A stretch of 36,540 nucleotides of DNA from Spirochaetaceae bacterium. Its GTDB lineage: Bacteria > Spirochaetota > Spirochaetia > UBA9216. The position numbers and the translations under genes are program-made. The stretch's first letter is position 1, and the number at the start of each line of letters is the position of its first letter. This document shows positions 1 through 7,885 of this stretch, piece by piece. Below the pieces are notes generated by a model. The model made no database searches. It was not told the DNA's origin and saw only the letters and a list, made by a program, of their open reading frames with translations. The DNA lies in NCBI GenBank assembly GCA_028527945.1, contig JAQQAK010000213.1, positions 1 to 36,540 of the forward strand, given 5' to 3'.

Positions 1-98
1 GCAGAGAGGTTTTCTGAAAATATAAATAACAGAAGTAGAATAAAAAAGGTACAAAGTCTCAACCTTCTGAATGCGTAACCCTTCCTCGTCTTTTTATG

Positions 99-152
99 CT
101 TCAAAACGAAATTACAGGTACTGTCATTTTTTTGTTTTGAAGTTATTTTTTT
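99..152 (+). terminator. Candidate rho-independent terminator of a + strand gene ending upstream of or at the window edge
   Basis: 9-bp inverted repeat CTTCAAAAC (99-107) / GTTTTGAAG (134-142) with an inner ACAG/CTGT stem, followed by TTATTTTTTT. Frame 1 is open from base 1 to a TAA at 76-78, consistent with the tail of an upstream gene. The loop is large, so confidence is low. Confidence 0.4.
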
Positions 153-263
153 GAGCCTCATTTCAATATTAAAAGTTTACTCATATAAACTTCTCTTGAC
201 AACAGCTTGAAAATTACAAATTCAGAATATTTTTCAAAAACCTGTTTGTTATAGCAGAGAGTC

Positions 264-1037
264 TTAAATGTGAGCTTGTTTAAAATATTCATTCAGCATT
301 GCTTTGGCCATGCTTTTTACTGGATCAATTACTGGTATATTTTTTTCTCTTTGAGATATGGCTAATGGAAGTTCTGTACATCCCAGAACAATTTTTTCTG
401 CTCCAATATTTCCTAATTCTTCAATAAATGAGTTTAGTTCTTTTCTTGCCTTCGTTGTAGGAGGGCTGTAAGATTTTAATCCCCATTCTGTGTTATATAT
501 TAAGTTGTGAACTTTTTCTTGTTTTTCATATGGTAGTTCTACCGGAATATAGCCAGCTTTTGTTAAATGATTTTTCCATACCAATGACTTTCTTGTTCCT
601 GTTGTTGACAGTAAGCCTATGCGAGAACCTTCGGAATATTCGTTTTGAAGATCTTTAATTGTTTCATCAAGCATATTGATGATTATAATTTCTGTGTTGA
701 AAGTAATCTTGTTAGATAATCTTCTTTTGAATGCGTTAAAAATAGGTTTCGCGTGAAAGGTGTTGCATGGAACTCCAATTATAAAACGATCAAATTGAGA
801 TGAATAAGATTTACAACTTTTTGCCACTATTTCTGCCATTTTTATTCCTGGATTAGTCGTTTCATTTTTTAGAAGGAATTCTGTACGATCTGGAATGTAC
901 GAAGAAAATGACAAGTGTAAAATAGGAAGGTGATCTGAATCTCCATTTGGCGCATTGGTATTCAAAATTATTTTTCTATGAAGTTCAAGTCCAGCCATTG
1001 GTCCGACCCCTCCGCCTATTATAATTAGTGAGCTCAT
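264..1037 (-). CDS. Asp/Glu/hydantoin racemase family protein (aspartate racemase-like)
   Basis: 257 aa. N-terminal GGGVGPMAG, plus the two catalytic-cysteine motifs of this family, GVPCNTFH and LGCTELPL. The start overlaps the upstream stop (TAATG). Confidence 0.85.
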   Translation of the reverse strand: MSSLIIIGGGVGPMAGLELHRKIILNTNAPNGDSDHLPILHLSFSSYIPDRTEFLLKNETTNPGIKMAEIVAKSCKSYSSQFDRFIIGVPCNTFHAKPIFNAFKRRLSNKITFNTEIIIINMLDETIKDLQNEYSEGSRIGLLSTTGTRKSLVWKNHLTKAGYIPVELPYEKQEKVHNLIYNTEWGLKSYSPPTTKARKELNSFIEELGNIGAEKIVLGCTELPLAISQREKNIPVIDPVKSMAKAMLNEYFKQAHI

Positions 1038-2107
1038 TATTTTTCTTCTATCCTGCTTTCGAGTTTTCCAGAAATAAACTCTTTAAGACTGAAGCGGGTA
1101 TGCCCATCTCTTCCTGTTACTCTTTCTGCGGAAACCAGAGAGTCTATTACTGCTTCTTCAACCGCCTCTGTTGCCGCTGAAAAGAATAAATCAAGGTGAT
1201 CTTCGTGCAAATATTGGTGTTCAAGTATTTCTGTTAACGGATAATGAGGAATTTTATTTCGCGTTGAGAATGATATTACTATTTCACCGCTGCCTGAGGC
1301 TATATAAGCTCCGGTTCTTGCCAAGCCTGAAACAGCTCTTGTTGCAAGTCTTTTTAGCTGCCTGTCTGATAGAGGCGCGTCTGTAGCAAGTATAACAATA
1401 ACAGAACCTTTGTCTGGTGATGTCGCAGACTGAAGTTTTTTAAACAACTCTCCATTGGCTTTTCCGTAGATAGAGAAGTCTTCAAGTTTTCCAAAATTTG
1501 TTAGAACAAGAGCCCCAAGGGTGTAGTTGTCTGATAAGCTTTGCACAATACAGGAGCTTGTTCCTATTCCGCCTTTCATTTCATAGCATGACATTCCCCG
1601 TCCAGCGCCAACAGCGCCGCGTTCAAAGCCCCTTCCAAGGTTACTTTTTGTGTTTTTTAAGGCCTCTTCTATATGACAAGAGCTTATGTGCTGACCTCGA
1701 ATATCGTTGAGAAATCCATCATTGCACTCACATATCACAGGATTAACTGTTCCAGTTGTTGTTCCTATTTGATCGTTTTCATTCAGCATATAGCGGACAA
1801 GGCTGTCAAAGGCTGTTCCAACGCTAAGGGTATTTGTTAAAATAATAGGGGTTTCTATATTGCCTAATTCCTGAATTTGAATCAGGCCCGTTGATTTTCC
1901 AAATCCGTTAATGACATGACAAGCTGCCGGAACCTTGTCTGTGAATATATTCCCCACATGAGGTAATAAAGCTGTTACCCCTGTCTGAATTTTTCCATCA
2001 TTCAGCGTAAAATGTCCGACAGAAACCCCCTCTACATCTGATATTGAGTTAAGCAGGCCGGTGGCGAATTTTCTGTTCTTATTTTGGAGTAGTGAAATAT
2101 CAGGCAT
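1037..2107 (-). CDS. Peptidase S58 (DmpA/BapA-type) aminopeptidase, Ntn-hydrolase fold
   Basis: Family-typical blocks GVSVGHFT, TGVTALLP, INGFGK and GGIGTSS. Candidate autoprocessing site KG|SVIVILATDAPL. I chose the ATG at 2107 (MPDISLL) over the TTG at 2137 given in the ORF track. It overlaps the upstream stop by 8 nt. Confidence 0.8.
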   Translation of the reverse strand: MPDISLLQNKNRKFATGLLNSISDVEGVSVGHFTLNDGKIQTGVTALLPHVGNIFTDKVPAACHVINGFGKSTGLIQIQELGNIETPIILTNTLSVGTAFDSLVRYMLNENDQIGTTTGTVNPVICECNDGFLNDIRGQHISSCHIEEALKNTKSNLGRGFERGAVGAGRGMSCYEMKGGIGTSSCIVQSLSDNYTLGALVLTNFGKLEDFSIYGKANGELFKKLQSATSPDKGSVIVILATDAPLSDRQLKRLATRAVSGLARTGAYIASGSGEIVISFSTRNKIPHYPLTEILEHQYLHEDHLDLFFSAATEAVEEAVIDSLVSAERVTGRDGHTRFSLKEFISGKLESRIEEK

Positions 2108-2762
2108 TTGTCTTCTTGTATATAATTCTTGCTGCAATTACTGAAGTCAGAACACAGATCGGAATTGTTATGGCAGTAGGAAAATCTCCAGCTAAATCAA
2201 GAACTATTGCGATAATTATAGGAGTAACTGCAACCTTCCAGTCTTTCAGTATGTAATAAATACCAATTGCACCAAAAAGAGCTGGGAGTATTTGCTCAAA
2301 GGCTGGTTGTATAACTGGTTGCTGAAGAACCCCTTTTAAAGGTACCAAAAGTATTACTCCGGCAATAATGATGATTTCACTGCATATTACAGAGCCGGCT
2401 ATTGCTATTGTAGATATTATTTCACCTTCTTCTGAACCTGCTTTTGTTTTGCAGACTTCCATTGCCATGGCCGCGCTTGGAATTTTCAGGTTTGTAATAT
2501 TGCCTGATAGGTACGCCATATACATTGCTCCAGAACCTAGCATTGCTGTAAATGTAAGAACCTCTACGAGTGAAACTGGCGCCATAAGTACGGATATACT
2601 GAATATCCCCTGAACCAGAGCTTTTAAATCCGGCCCTATACCGAATTTTACAGCCAGAATAATTAATGGAACAAATGTCATAAGAAGGCCAGCTGGCAGG
2701 GTGAGGCGCCCAATTCTGTGATTTATCTTTTCATATTTTTCAGGATTGTGGTTAGTATTCAT
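2100..2762 (-). CDS. Polytopic membrane protein of unknown family (putative transporter subunit)
   Basis: About 220 aa, hydrophobic throughout with several predicted TM segments. ATG at 2762 (MNTNHNPEKY) is preceded by AAGGGAGA. The track's longer ORF starts inside the upstream gene. Confidence 0.7.
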   Translation of the reverse strand: MNTNHNPEKYEKINHRIGRLTLPAGLLMTFVPLIILAVKFGIGPDLKALVQGIFSISVLMAPVSLVEVLTFTAMLGSGAMYMAYLSGNITNLKIPSAAMAMEVCKTKAGSEEGEIISTIAIAGSVICSEIIIIAGVILLVPLKGVLQQPVIQPAFEQILPALFGAIGIYYILKDWKVAVTPIIIAIVLDLAGDFPTAITIPICVLTSVIAARIIYKKTNA

Positions 2763-2779
2763 TTTATTTCTCCCTTTAT

Positions 2780-3496
2780 TTATGTTGTAAGAATGTTCCA
2801 TAATACGCATCCGGCCATTGCTCCGAGCATGCTTATTGTTAAAGCAAATTCTTTTAATTTTTCAAATTTAAACTTGAGAATTATAAGTAGACATACAAGC
2901 ATGATTACCGCTGATATAAGAAATGTCACCAGCGAAATACCGCCTGTAGTAATTGGTGAGGCCATAAAAATTGCGAAAACTCCCATGAAGCATGCTCCAG
3001 TAAGCGATTCTCTCCATTTAGTGTCGCCGTTTTTACCAAGTGTGTATCGTTTTTTAAGACCCTTGTAGAAAATTGAGACGATCATTATAGACCAGAAAGA
3101 GCCTATACACATAATCCACGCAGCATTGGCGAATACTGTGGGGGTAAAACCCTCTCCTCCAAGAGTTGTTACGCCCATTGTTTTGGCTCCAATTCCCGCA
3201 GCCATCAGTTCATAAGGCGCGGAGCCTATCACTGAAAGACGCATCCATGAGATAGGTGTTCCAATTACCGGTGTTATCGCGATAAGTGTCATAACAATCG
3301 GCAGCGCCGGTATGATACTTGTTGTTATGCCGGTTCCAAGGGCCTTTCGCATTCTCTGACTGTCAATGCCTGCAGATTTGCCCCTCTTCCATGCGACAAA
3401 TAAAAACAGTCCTGCCTGAAGAAATACAAAGATGATGACAACTGCTGCTGCAATCATCAGAACAGGTTTGTTAGCAAAATCCAGATAGTTTTTCAT
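2780..3496 (-). CDS. Polytopic membrane protein of unknown family (putative transporter subunit)
   Basis: About 238 aa with multiple TM segments. ATG at 3496 (MKNYLDF) is preceded by GGAGAG at good spacing. The track ORF begins at a TTG four codons upstream. Confidence 0.7.
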   Translation of the reverse strand: MKNYLDFANKPVLMIAAAVVIIFVFLQAGLFLFVAWKRGKSAGIDSQRMRKALGTGITTSIIPALPIVMTLIAITPVIGTPISWMRLSVIGSAPYELMAAGIGAKTMGVTTLGGEGFTPTVFANAAWIMCIGSFWSIMIVSIFYKGLKKRYTLGKNGDTKWRESLTGACFMGVFAIFMASPITTGGISLVTFLISAVIMLVCLLIILKFKFEKLKEFALTISMLGAMAGCVLWNILTT

Positions 3497-3508
3497 TCTT
3501 CTCTCCAA

Positions 3509-5095
3509 TTATTTATTCAGCAGAATTTCTCCTGCTGCATTTTCTCTGTAGAAATGAATCTCATCCCCTTCTGATTCATACTCGAGCATACCATTTACGA
3601 AAACGGCTCTGATTCCTTTTGATAGTTGTCCGGGATTCAGATATGATGCGTCTCCGCTTATTTGTTCAGGATTAAAGAGCACTATGTCTGCCTTATTGTT
3701 CTCTATAAGTTTTCCTCTGTCTGTTAATCCCAAAAAATCAGCCGTAGCGCCGCTTGTTTTTCTTATGGCTTCTTCTATTGTTAAAAGTTTATTTTCTCTT
3801 ACATATTTCTGAATAAAAAATGGAAAAGTAGCGAAATTACGAGGATGTCCGTGGAACTCTTTGTTTATATCAAGAGCATAGGCATCTGAGCCTACAACAG
3901 TCATAGGACTTTGCGCTATTACGTTTACATCATCCTCAGCCATTAGGTCTGCTACAATCTCTATACTGCCTTCTTCTTCTATGAGTAAATCATAGGCTGT
4001 TGTGTCAGGATCTTTTCCCAGCTTCTCAGATATTTGAGTGATTGTTTGTCCTATGAAATCTTTATTCTTCTCACTTTTTAAGCTTGTAATCATAATTTTT
4101 GACCATTGAAGCTCGCCGTTATTTCTTATTTCATCACTTATTTTTTTTCTAGTTTCTTGCTGTGATAATCTTTCAAGGATCTCTTCAGGTTTTCCTTTTA
4201 TCACCCAGCGTGGTAGTTCATGAAGCATTGTTGTTGAAGATGCTGTATACGGATAAAAGTCAGCTATTACCTTGAGTCCCTCAGCTTTGCCTTTTTCTAT
4301 CATTTCAAGGGCTTTTGCGGCTTCTCCCCAGTTTCTTACTCCATAAGATTTTAAATGAGAAATTACTACTGGAATCTCTGCTTTTCGGCCTATTTCAAGA
4401 GCTTCTTCAATGCTTGCAAGGAGGTTCTGTGCCTGATCTCTGAGATGGGTGGCGTATATTCCACCGTATTCTGCGGTTACTTTGGCAAGGTATGTTAGTT
4501 CTTCTGTGTCCGAAAAGCATCCAGGTGAATATTCAAGCCCTGTAGAAATTCCCCTGCATCCGTTTTCCATTTCTTCGCGCAAGAGTTTTTCCATCTTCTT
4601 CAGGTTTTTACCACGGGAAGGTTCTGGGTAAAAGCCTGATGTATTAAGACGGAGCATTCCATGTCCTACAAGTGGATAATAATTAAAGCCAATTTTTATT
4701 TTTTTCAGCAGGTCAAAGTAGTCTTTTGAGTTGCTCCATGGAATATCAATATCTTTGTTGAATGACTTCATCATTTCTTTGATTGCCGGTTTTCCATTAC
4801 TGGTAACAGGAAACAAAGAGTAGCCGCAGTTTCCTGCTATTTCAGTTGTTACTCCCTGCGAGAGTTTGTTTTCTTCTCTTGGGTTTGCAAGCGCTTCAAG
4901 ATCGGAATGGCTGTGCATGTCTATAAAACCAGGAGCACATACAAGCTTTGTTGCGTCTATTGTTTTTTCTGATTCAGCATTTTTCAGATTTCCTATTCTT
5001 GCAATTTTGTCTCCTGAGATTCCTATATCACTGTGAAATCCCGGAGCTCCTGTGCCATCAATAATTTGACAGTTTTGTAATATCCATGAGTACAT
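3509..5095 (-). CDS. N-acyl-D-amino-acid deacylase (D-aminoacylase), amidohydrolase superfamily
   Basis: 528 aa. N-terminal beta-sandwich lead-in (ILQNCQIIDGTG), metal-binding GFIDMHSHSD, and length and layout typical of D-aminoacylases. Confidence 0.85.
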   Translation of the reverse strand: MYSWILQNCQIIDGTGAPGFHSDIGISGDKIARIGNLKNAESEKTIDATKLVCAPGFIDMHSHSDLEALANPREENKLSQGVTTEIAGNCGYSLFPVTSNGKPAIKEMMKSFNKDIDIPWSNSKDYFDLLKKIKIGFNYYPLVGHGMLRLNTSGFYPEPSRGKNLKKMEKLLREEMENGCRGISTGLEYSPGCFSDTEELTYLAKVTAEYGGIYATHLRDQAQNLLASIEEALEIGRKAEIPVVISHLKSYGVRNWGEAAKALEMIEKGKAEGLKVIADFYPYTASSTTMLHELPRWVIKGKPEEILERLSQQETRKKISDEIRNNGELQWSKIMITSLKSEKNKDFIGQTITQISEKLGKDPDTTAYDLLIEEEGSIEIVADLMAEDDVNVIAQSPMTVVGSDAYALDINKEFHGHPRNFATFPFFIQKYVRENKLLTIEEAIRKTSGATADFLGLTDRGKLIENNKADIVLFNPEQISGDASYLNPGQLSKGIRAVFVNGMLEYESEGDEIHFYRENAAGEILLNK

Positions 5096-5124
5096 AATTG
5101 GATGTTCCTTTATTTATAAAGAGT

Positions 5125-5168
5125 GCAAATGCTACATAAATATGTTAAAATGATAGCAAATGCTACAT
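5125..5168. promoter_or_regulatory. Two exact 13-bp direct repeats (GCAAATGCTACAT) 31 bp apart in the promoter region of the D-aminoacylase operon; candidate operator
   Basis: Copies at 5125-5137 and 5156-5168, verified base by base. A minus-strand TTGACA (plus 5184-5189) lies just upstream, so the repeats cover the -10 and early transcribed region of the operon that starts at 5095. Confidence 0.4.
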
Positions 5169-5265
5169 TTACTATAAAAGAAATGTCAAAGCTTGTAAAG
5201 GCATATATTTTTTAGCAGTCTGAGTCTCTTGAGTTTTTTAGATCTCGCATCAATTTCAGGCTATA

Positions 5266-6132
5266 TTACTGGAATATCCCAAATGTTGAATTATATTCTT
5301 CAAGTTTGTTGAGTGATGTTTTTGTTTTGTTTATATTGCTCCAGCTGTGTTTCTGGATAATAAGCTGTATCAGGGTGAGCATTGGAATGTGTATTTCCAT
5401 ATTAAATCCGGTTGAACGATGGTGTGACAGAGAGAATTGGTAATCGGCTTTTGATGAAAGGGGATGATCCGATGTGTCTGAAATAATTGCCAGAGAAGCT
5501 CCTTTTTTTAGTCCTGCCAGGCAGAATTCTACAGAACGTTTTGGATAGCGTGATACGCTCAATAAAAAGAGTAGGCTTCCTTCTTCTATATGCTGTAGAA
5601 CCGGGTATAGATCGCCTCTTTTCTCGTTCACTATATCTACGTTCAGACCTGTTCGTGAAAGATAATAGTAAAGATATTCAGCCAATCCTCCTGTGCTTTC
5701 CCAGCCTACAATCAAAATGTTTTTATAGGTAGAAAGGCTTTCGGCAAACTTTGTTACCTCGTCAACAGATACCAGTTGACGCAGTTCTGTCAGTATCTTG
5801 TGGTTCAGGGTTAAAAGCTTTTCCAAATCATCATCTTCTGAAGAAGATTTTTCAAAATCGCTAAAACGCTCAACTGTAGTTTTCATTGAGGCAGAAACAT
5901 AGCGCTGAAGATCCTCCTGCATGGCGGAGAATCCCTCGTATTCAAGCGTTTGAGCAAAGCGGATTAACGATGCATCACTCACTTCTATATTTTTTGCGGC
6001 TTCTGCAAGGCTGAAAAAAACCGCGTCTTTGTAGTTCTCTTTCAGATAATCCGCAATTTTCTTTTTCTTTGGTGTCAGTGATGTGTAAACTTTATCAAGA
6101 CGGTTAAAAAAGGTAGATTCTTTTTTTGACAT
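5266..6132 (-). CDS. RpiR/MurR-family transcriptional regulator (HTH_6 + SIS domain)
   Basis: N-terminal HTH block (IADYLKENYKDAVFFSLAEAAKNIEVSDASLIRFAQTLEYEGF) and a C-terminal SIS-like block (ILIVGWESTGGLAEYL). I preferred the ATG at 6132 (MSKKEST) because GGAGAAG precedes it; the ATG at 6144 is also possible. Confidence 0.85.
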   Translation of the reverse strand: MSKKESTFFNRLDKVYTSLTPKKKKIADYLKENYKDAVFFSLAEAAKNIEVSDASLIRFAQTLEYEGFSAMQEDLQRYVSASMKTTVERFSDFEKSSSEDDDLEKLLTLNHKILTELRQLVSVDEVTKFAESLSTYKNILIVGWESTGGLAEYLYYYLSRTGLNVDIVNEKRGDLYPVLQHIEEGSLLFLLSVSRYPKRSVEFCLAGLKKGASLAIISDTSDHPLSSKADYQFSLSHHRSTGFNMEIHIPMLTLIQLIIQKHSWSNINKTKTSLNKLEEYNSTFGIFQ

Positions 6133-6228
6133 GTTCTTCTCCATTTCGGCCTGTATAACTTTATATAAGAGAAATTGCCTGAATGCAATAGCTTATCGGT
6201 AGGCTTGCGCTGCTGCATTTGCTCACTG

Positions 6229-6257
6229 TTGAAAGTTTTTATCTCTATATATATAAT
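6229..6257 (+). promoter_or_regulatory. Sigma70-like promoter TTGAAA-17 nt-TATAAT immediately upstream of lysS
   Basis: TTGAAA at 6229-6234, TATAAT at 6252-6257, exact 17-nt spacer. The -10 ends 9 nt before the ATG at 6267 and no Shine-Dalgarno sequence is present. Confidence 0.45.
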
Positions 6258-6266
6258 CGCTTTACT

Positions 6267-7844
6267 ATGAACATGAAATCAACACACTGGGCCGATATCA
6301 CGGCTGATAAAATAATAAGAGAGAAGGGCGACAAGGATACATATGTCTGCGCTTCTGGAATAACTCCTTCAGGAACAGTTCATATAGGAAATTTTCGCGA
6401 GATTATCTCTGTAGAACTGGTTGTCCGTGCCCTTAGGCAAAAGGGAAAGAACGTAAAGTTTATTTATTCATGGGATGAGTACGACGTATTCAGGAAGGTT
6501 CCTAAAAATATGCCAGAACAGGAGAAGCTTACAGCATGTTTGCGTTATCCTATAACCCTTGTCCCCGATGTTCTTGGTGATGAAGAAAGCTATGCGCGGG
6601 CTAATGAAAAAAGGCTTGAGATTCGGCTTCCAGAGGTAGGGGTTGTTCCTGAGTATATTTATCAGGCTGCTGAATACCGCAAGGGGCGCTATGCTTCTCA
6701 GATGAAGACCGCTCTTGATAAAAGATCTGAGGTAATGGATGTTCTTAATGAGCATAGAACAACACCTCTTGCAGATGACTGGATGCCTGTAAGCGTTTTT
6801 TGTACAGCTTGTAATTGTGACACGACAACGGTTGAAAGCTATGACGGTGATTGGAGTATTACCTATAGCTGTGAATGCGGCCATAAAGAAACGCTTGATC
6901 TTCGTGAAACCGGGGCTGTTAAGCTTCCGTGGAGAATTGACTGGCCAATGCGCTGGAAGGAAGAGGGCGTTGACTTTGAGCCGGCAGGGAAGGATCATCA
7001 CTCTGAGGGTGGTTCATTTGATACATCAAAGGTTATGGTTAACAGAATCTACGGTGGAGAGGCTCCTGTAAGTTTTCAGTATGACTTTATCCGAATTAAG
7101 GGCCGCGGTGGAAAGATTTCTTCGTCTTCAGGTGAAGTTGTTGATCTTGATGATGTTCTTGAGATTTACCAGCCTGAGGTTATTCGTTACATGTTTGCCG
7201 GAACAAGGCCAAACACAGAATTTGCTATTTCATTTGATCTTGATGTTCTCAAGATCTATGAAGATTACGATAAATGTGAGAGGGCTTACTATAATAAGCC
7301 TGAATCAGAAAAGGCTCTTAAAAAATGGGAAAAGCAGGCAAGAATATACGAGCTTTCTCAGGTTTCTGAACCAGAGGCTGAAATGCCTTATCAGATACAA
7401 ATCAGACACCTCTGTAATCTTTTACAGATTCAGTCCGGGGATATCGAAAAGGTTATTGAAAATCTTGGTGATGTAAAACCATCTCAAAAGGCTCGGCTTG
7501 TAAGGCGGGCGGAATGTGCTTGGAACTGGGTTAAAAACTTTGCGCCTGAAGATTTTTGTTTTGAGATTAAAACACCTGAATCACCAAAGGCAGAAGTAAC
7601 AGAGGCTCAGGCTTCTGCTCTAAAGATGCTTGCAGAAGCTGCGAAAGATAAAATGGATTCCATGGATGAACGTGAGTTTAGTACTAACATTTATGCTGCT
7701 GCCGAGGAGAATGGACTTGAGTCTGCTGACTTTTTCCCTGCTATATATCAGGCTCTTATCGGTAAGGATAAGGGACCACGGCTTGTAAGCTTTTTATATT
7801 CAATTGGAAGCGAGCGGGTTTATTCACTCCTTTCATCTTATTAA
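6267..7844 (+). CDS. lysS: Class I lysyl-tRNA synthetase
   Basis: HIGH-type motif TVHIGNFRE, KMSKS-type motif GGKISSSSGE, and a Cys-rich insertion (CTACNC...CECGH). Class I LysRS is characteristic of spirochaetes and archaea. The start is at 6267 or 6273 (MKSTHWAD); the TTG at 6219 is rejected. Confidence 0.9.
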   Translation: MNMKSTHWADITADKIIREKGDKDTYVCASGITPSGTVHIGNFREIISVELVVRALRQKGKNVKFIYSWDEYDVFRKVPKNMPEQEKLTACLRYPITLVPDVLGDEESYARANEKRLEIRLPEVGVVPEYIYQAAEYRKGRYASQMKTALDKRSEVMDVLNEHRTTPLADDWMPVSVFCTACNCDTTTVESYDGDWSITYSCECGHKETLDLRETGAVKLPWRIDWPMRWKEEGVDFEPAGKDHHSEGGSFDTSKVMVNRIYGGEAPVSFQYDFIRIKGRGGKISSSSGEVVDLDDVLEIYQPEVIRYMFAGTRPNTEFAISFDLDVLKIYEDYDKCERAYYNKPESEKALKKWEKQARIYELSQVSEPEAEMPYQIQIRHLCNLLQIQSGDIEKVIENLGDVKPSQKARLVRRAECAWNWVKNFAPEDFCFEIKTPESPKAEVTEAQASALKMLAEAAKDKMDSMDEREFSTNIYAAAEENGLESADFFPAIYQALIGKDKGPRLVSFLYSIGSERVYSLLSSY

Positions 7845-7852
7845 GTATAACT

Positions 7853-7885
7853 GATGGAAGAGTGAGTTGAATACTCTCTTCCATC
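7853..7885. terminator. Hairpin between convergent lysS and the DD-carboxypeptidase gene
   Basis: GATGGAAGAG (7853-7862) pairs with CTCTTCCATC (7876-7885), plus an inner AGT/ACT extension. It overlaps the stop codon of the minus-strand gene. There is no strong U-tract on either side. Confidence 0.5.

Noticed and set aside
1-78. Open frame 1 running from the window edge to a TAA at 76-78 (possible 3' end of an upstream + strand gene)
   Set aside because: Only 25 codons are visible and no motif is present. It is mentioned only as context for the hairpin at 99-152.
2108-2137. Longer TTG/GTG-initiated versions of several genes (2137, 2810, 3508, 6219, 12573, 19422, 25971, 34850)
   Set aside because: In each case an in-frame ATG a few codons downstream has a better RBS or removes a long overlap with the upstream gene. 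The exact starts remain unverified.
5125-5168. Possible CRISPR-like or mobile-element repeat
   Set aside because: There are only two copies of a 13-mer, no cas genes, and the location is a promoter gap. It is interpreted as an operator candidate instead.
6468-7001. 177-aa ORF on the minus strand inside lysS; also the + strand frames 6817-7071 and 7081-7476
   Set aside because: These lie entirely within the well-supported class I LysRS reading frame, have no motifs and show odd composition. They are typical shadow ORFs.
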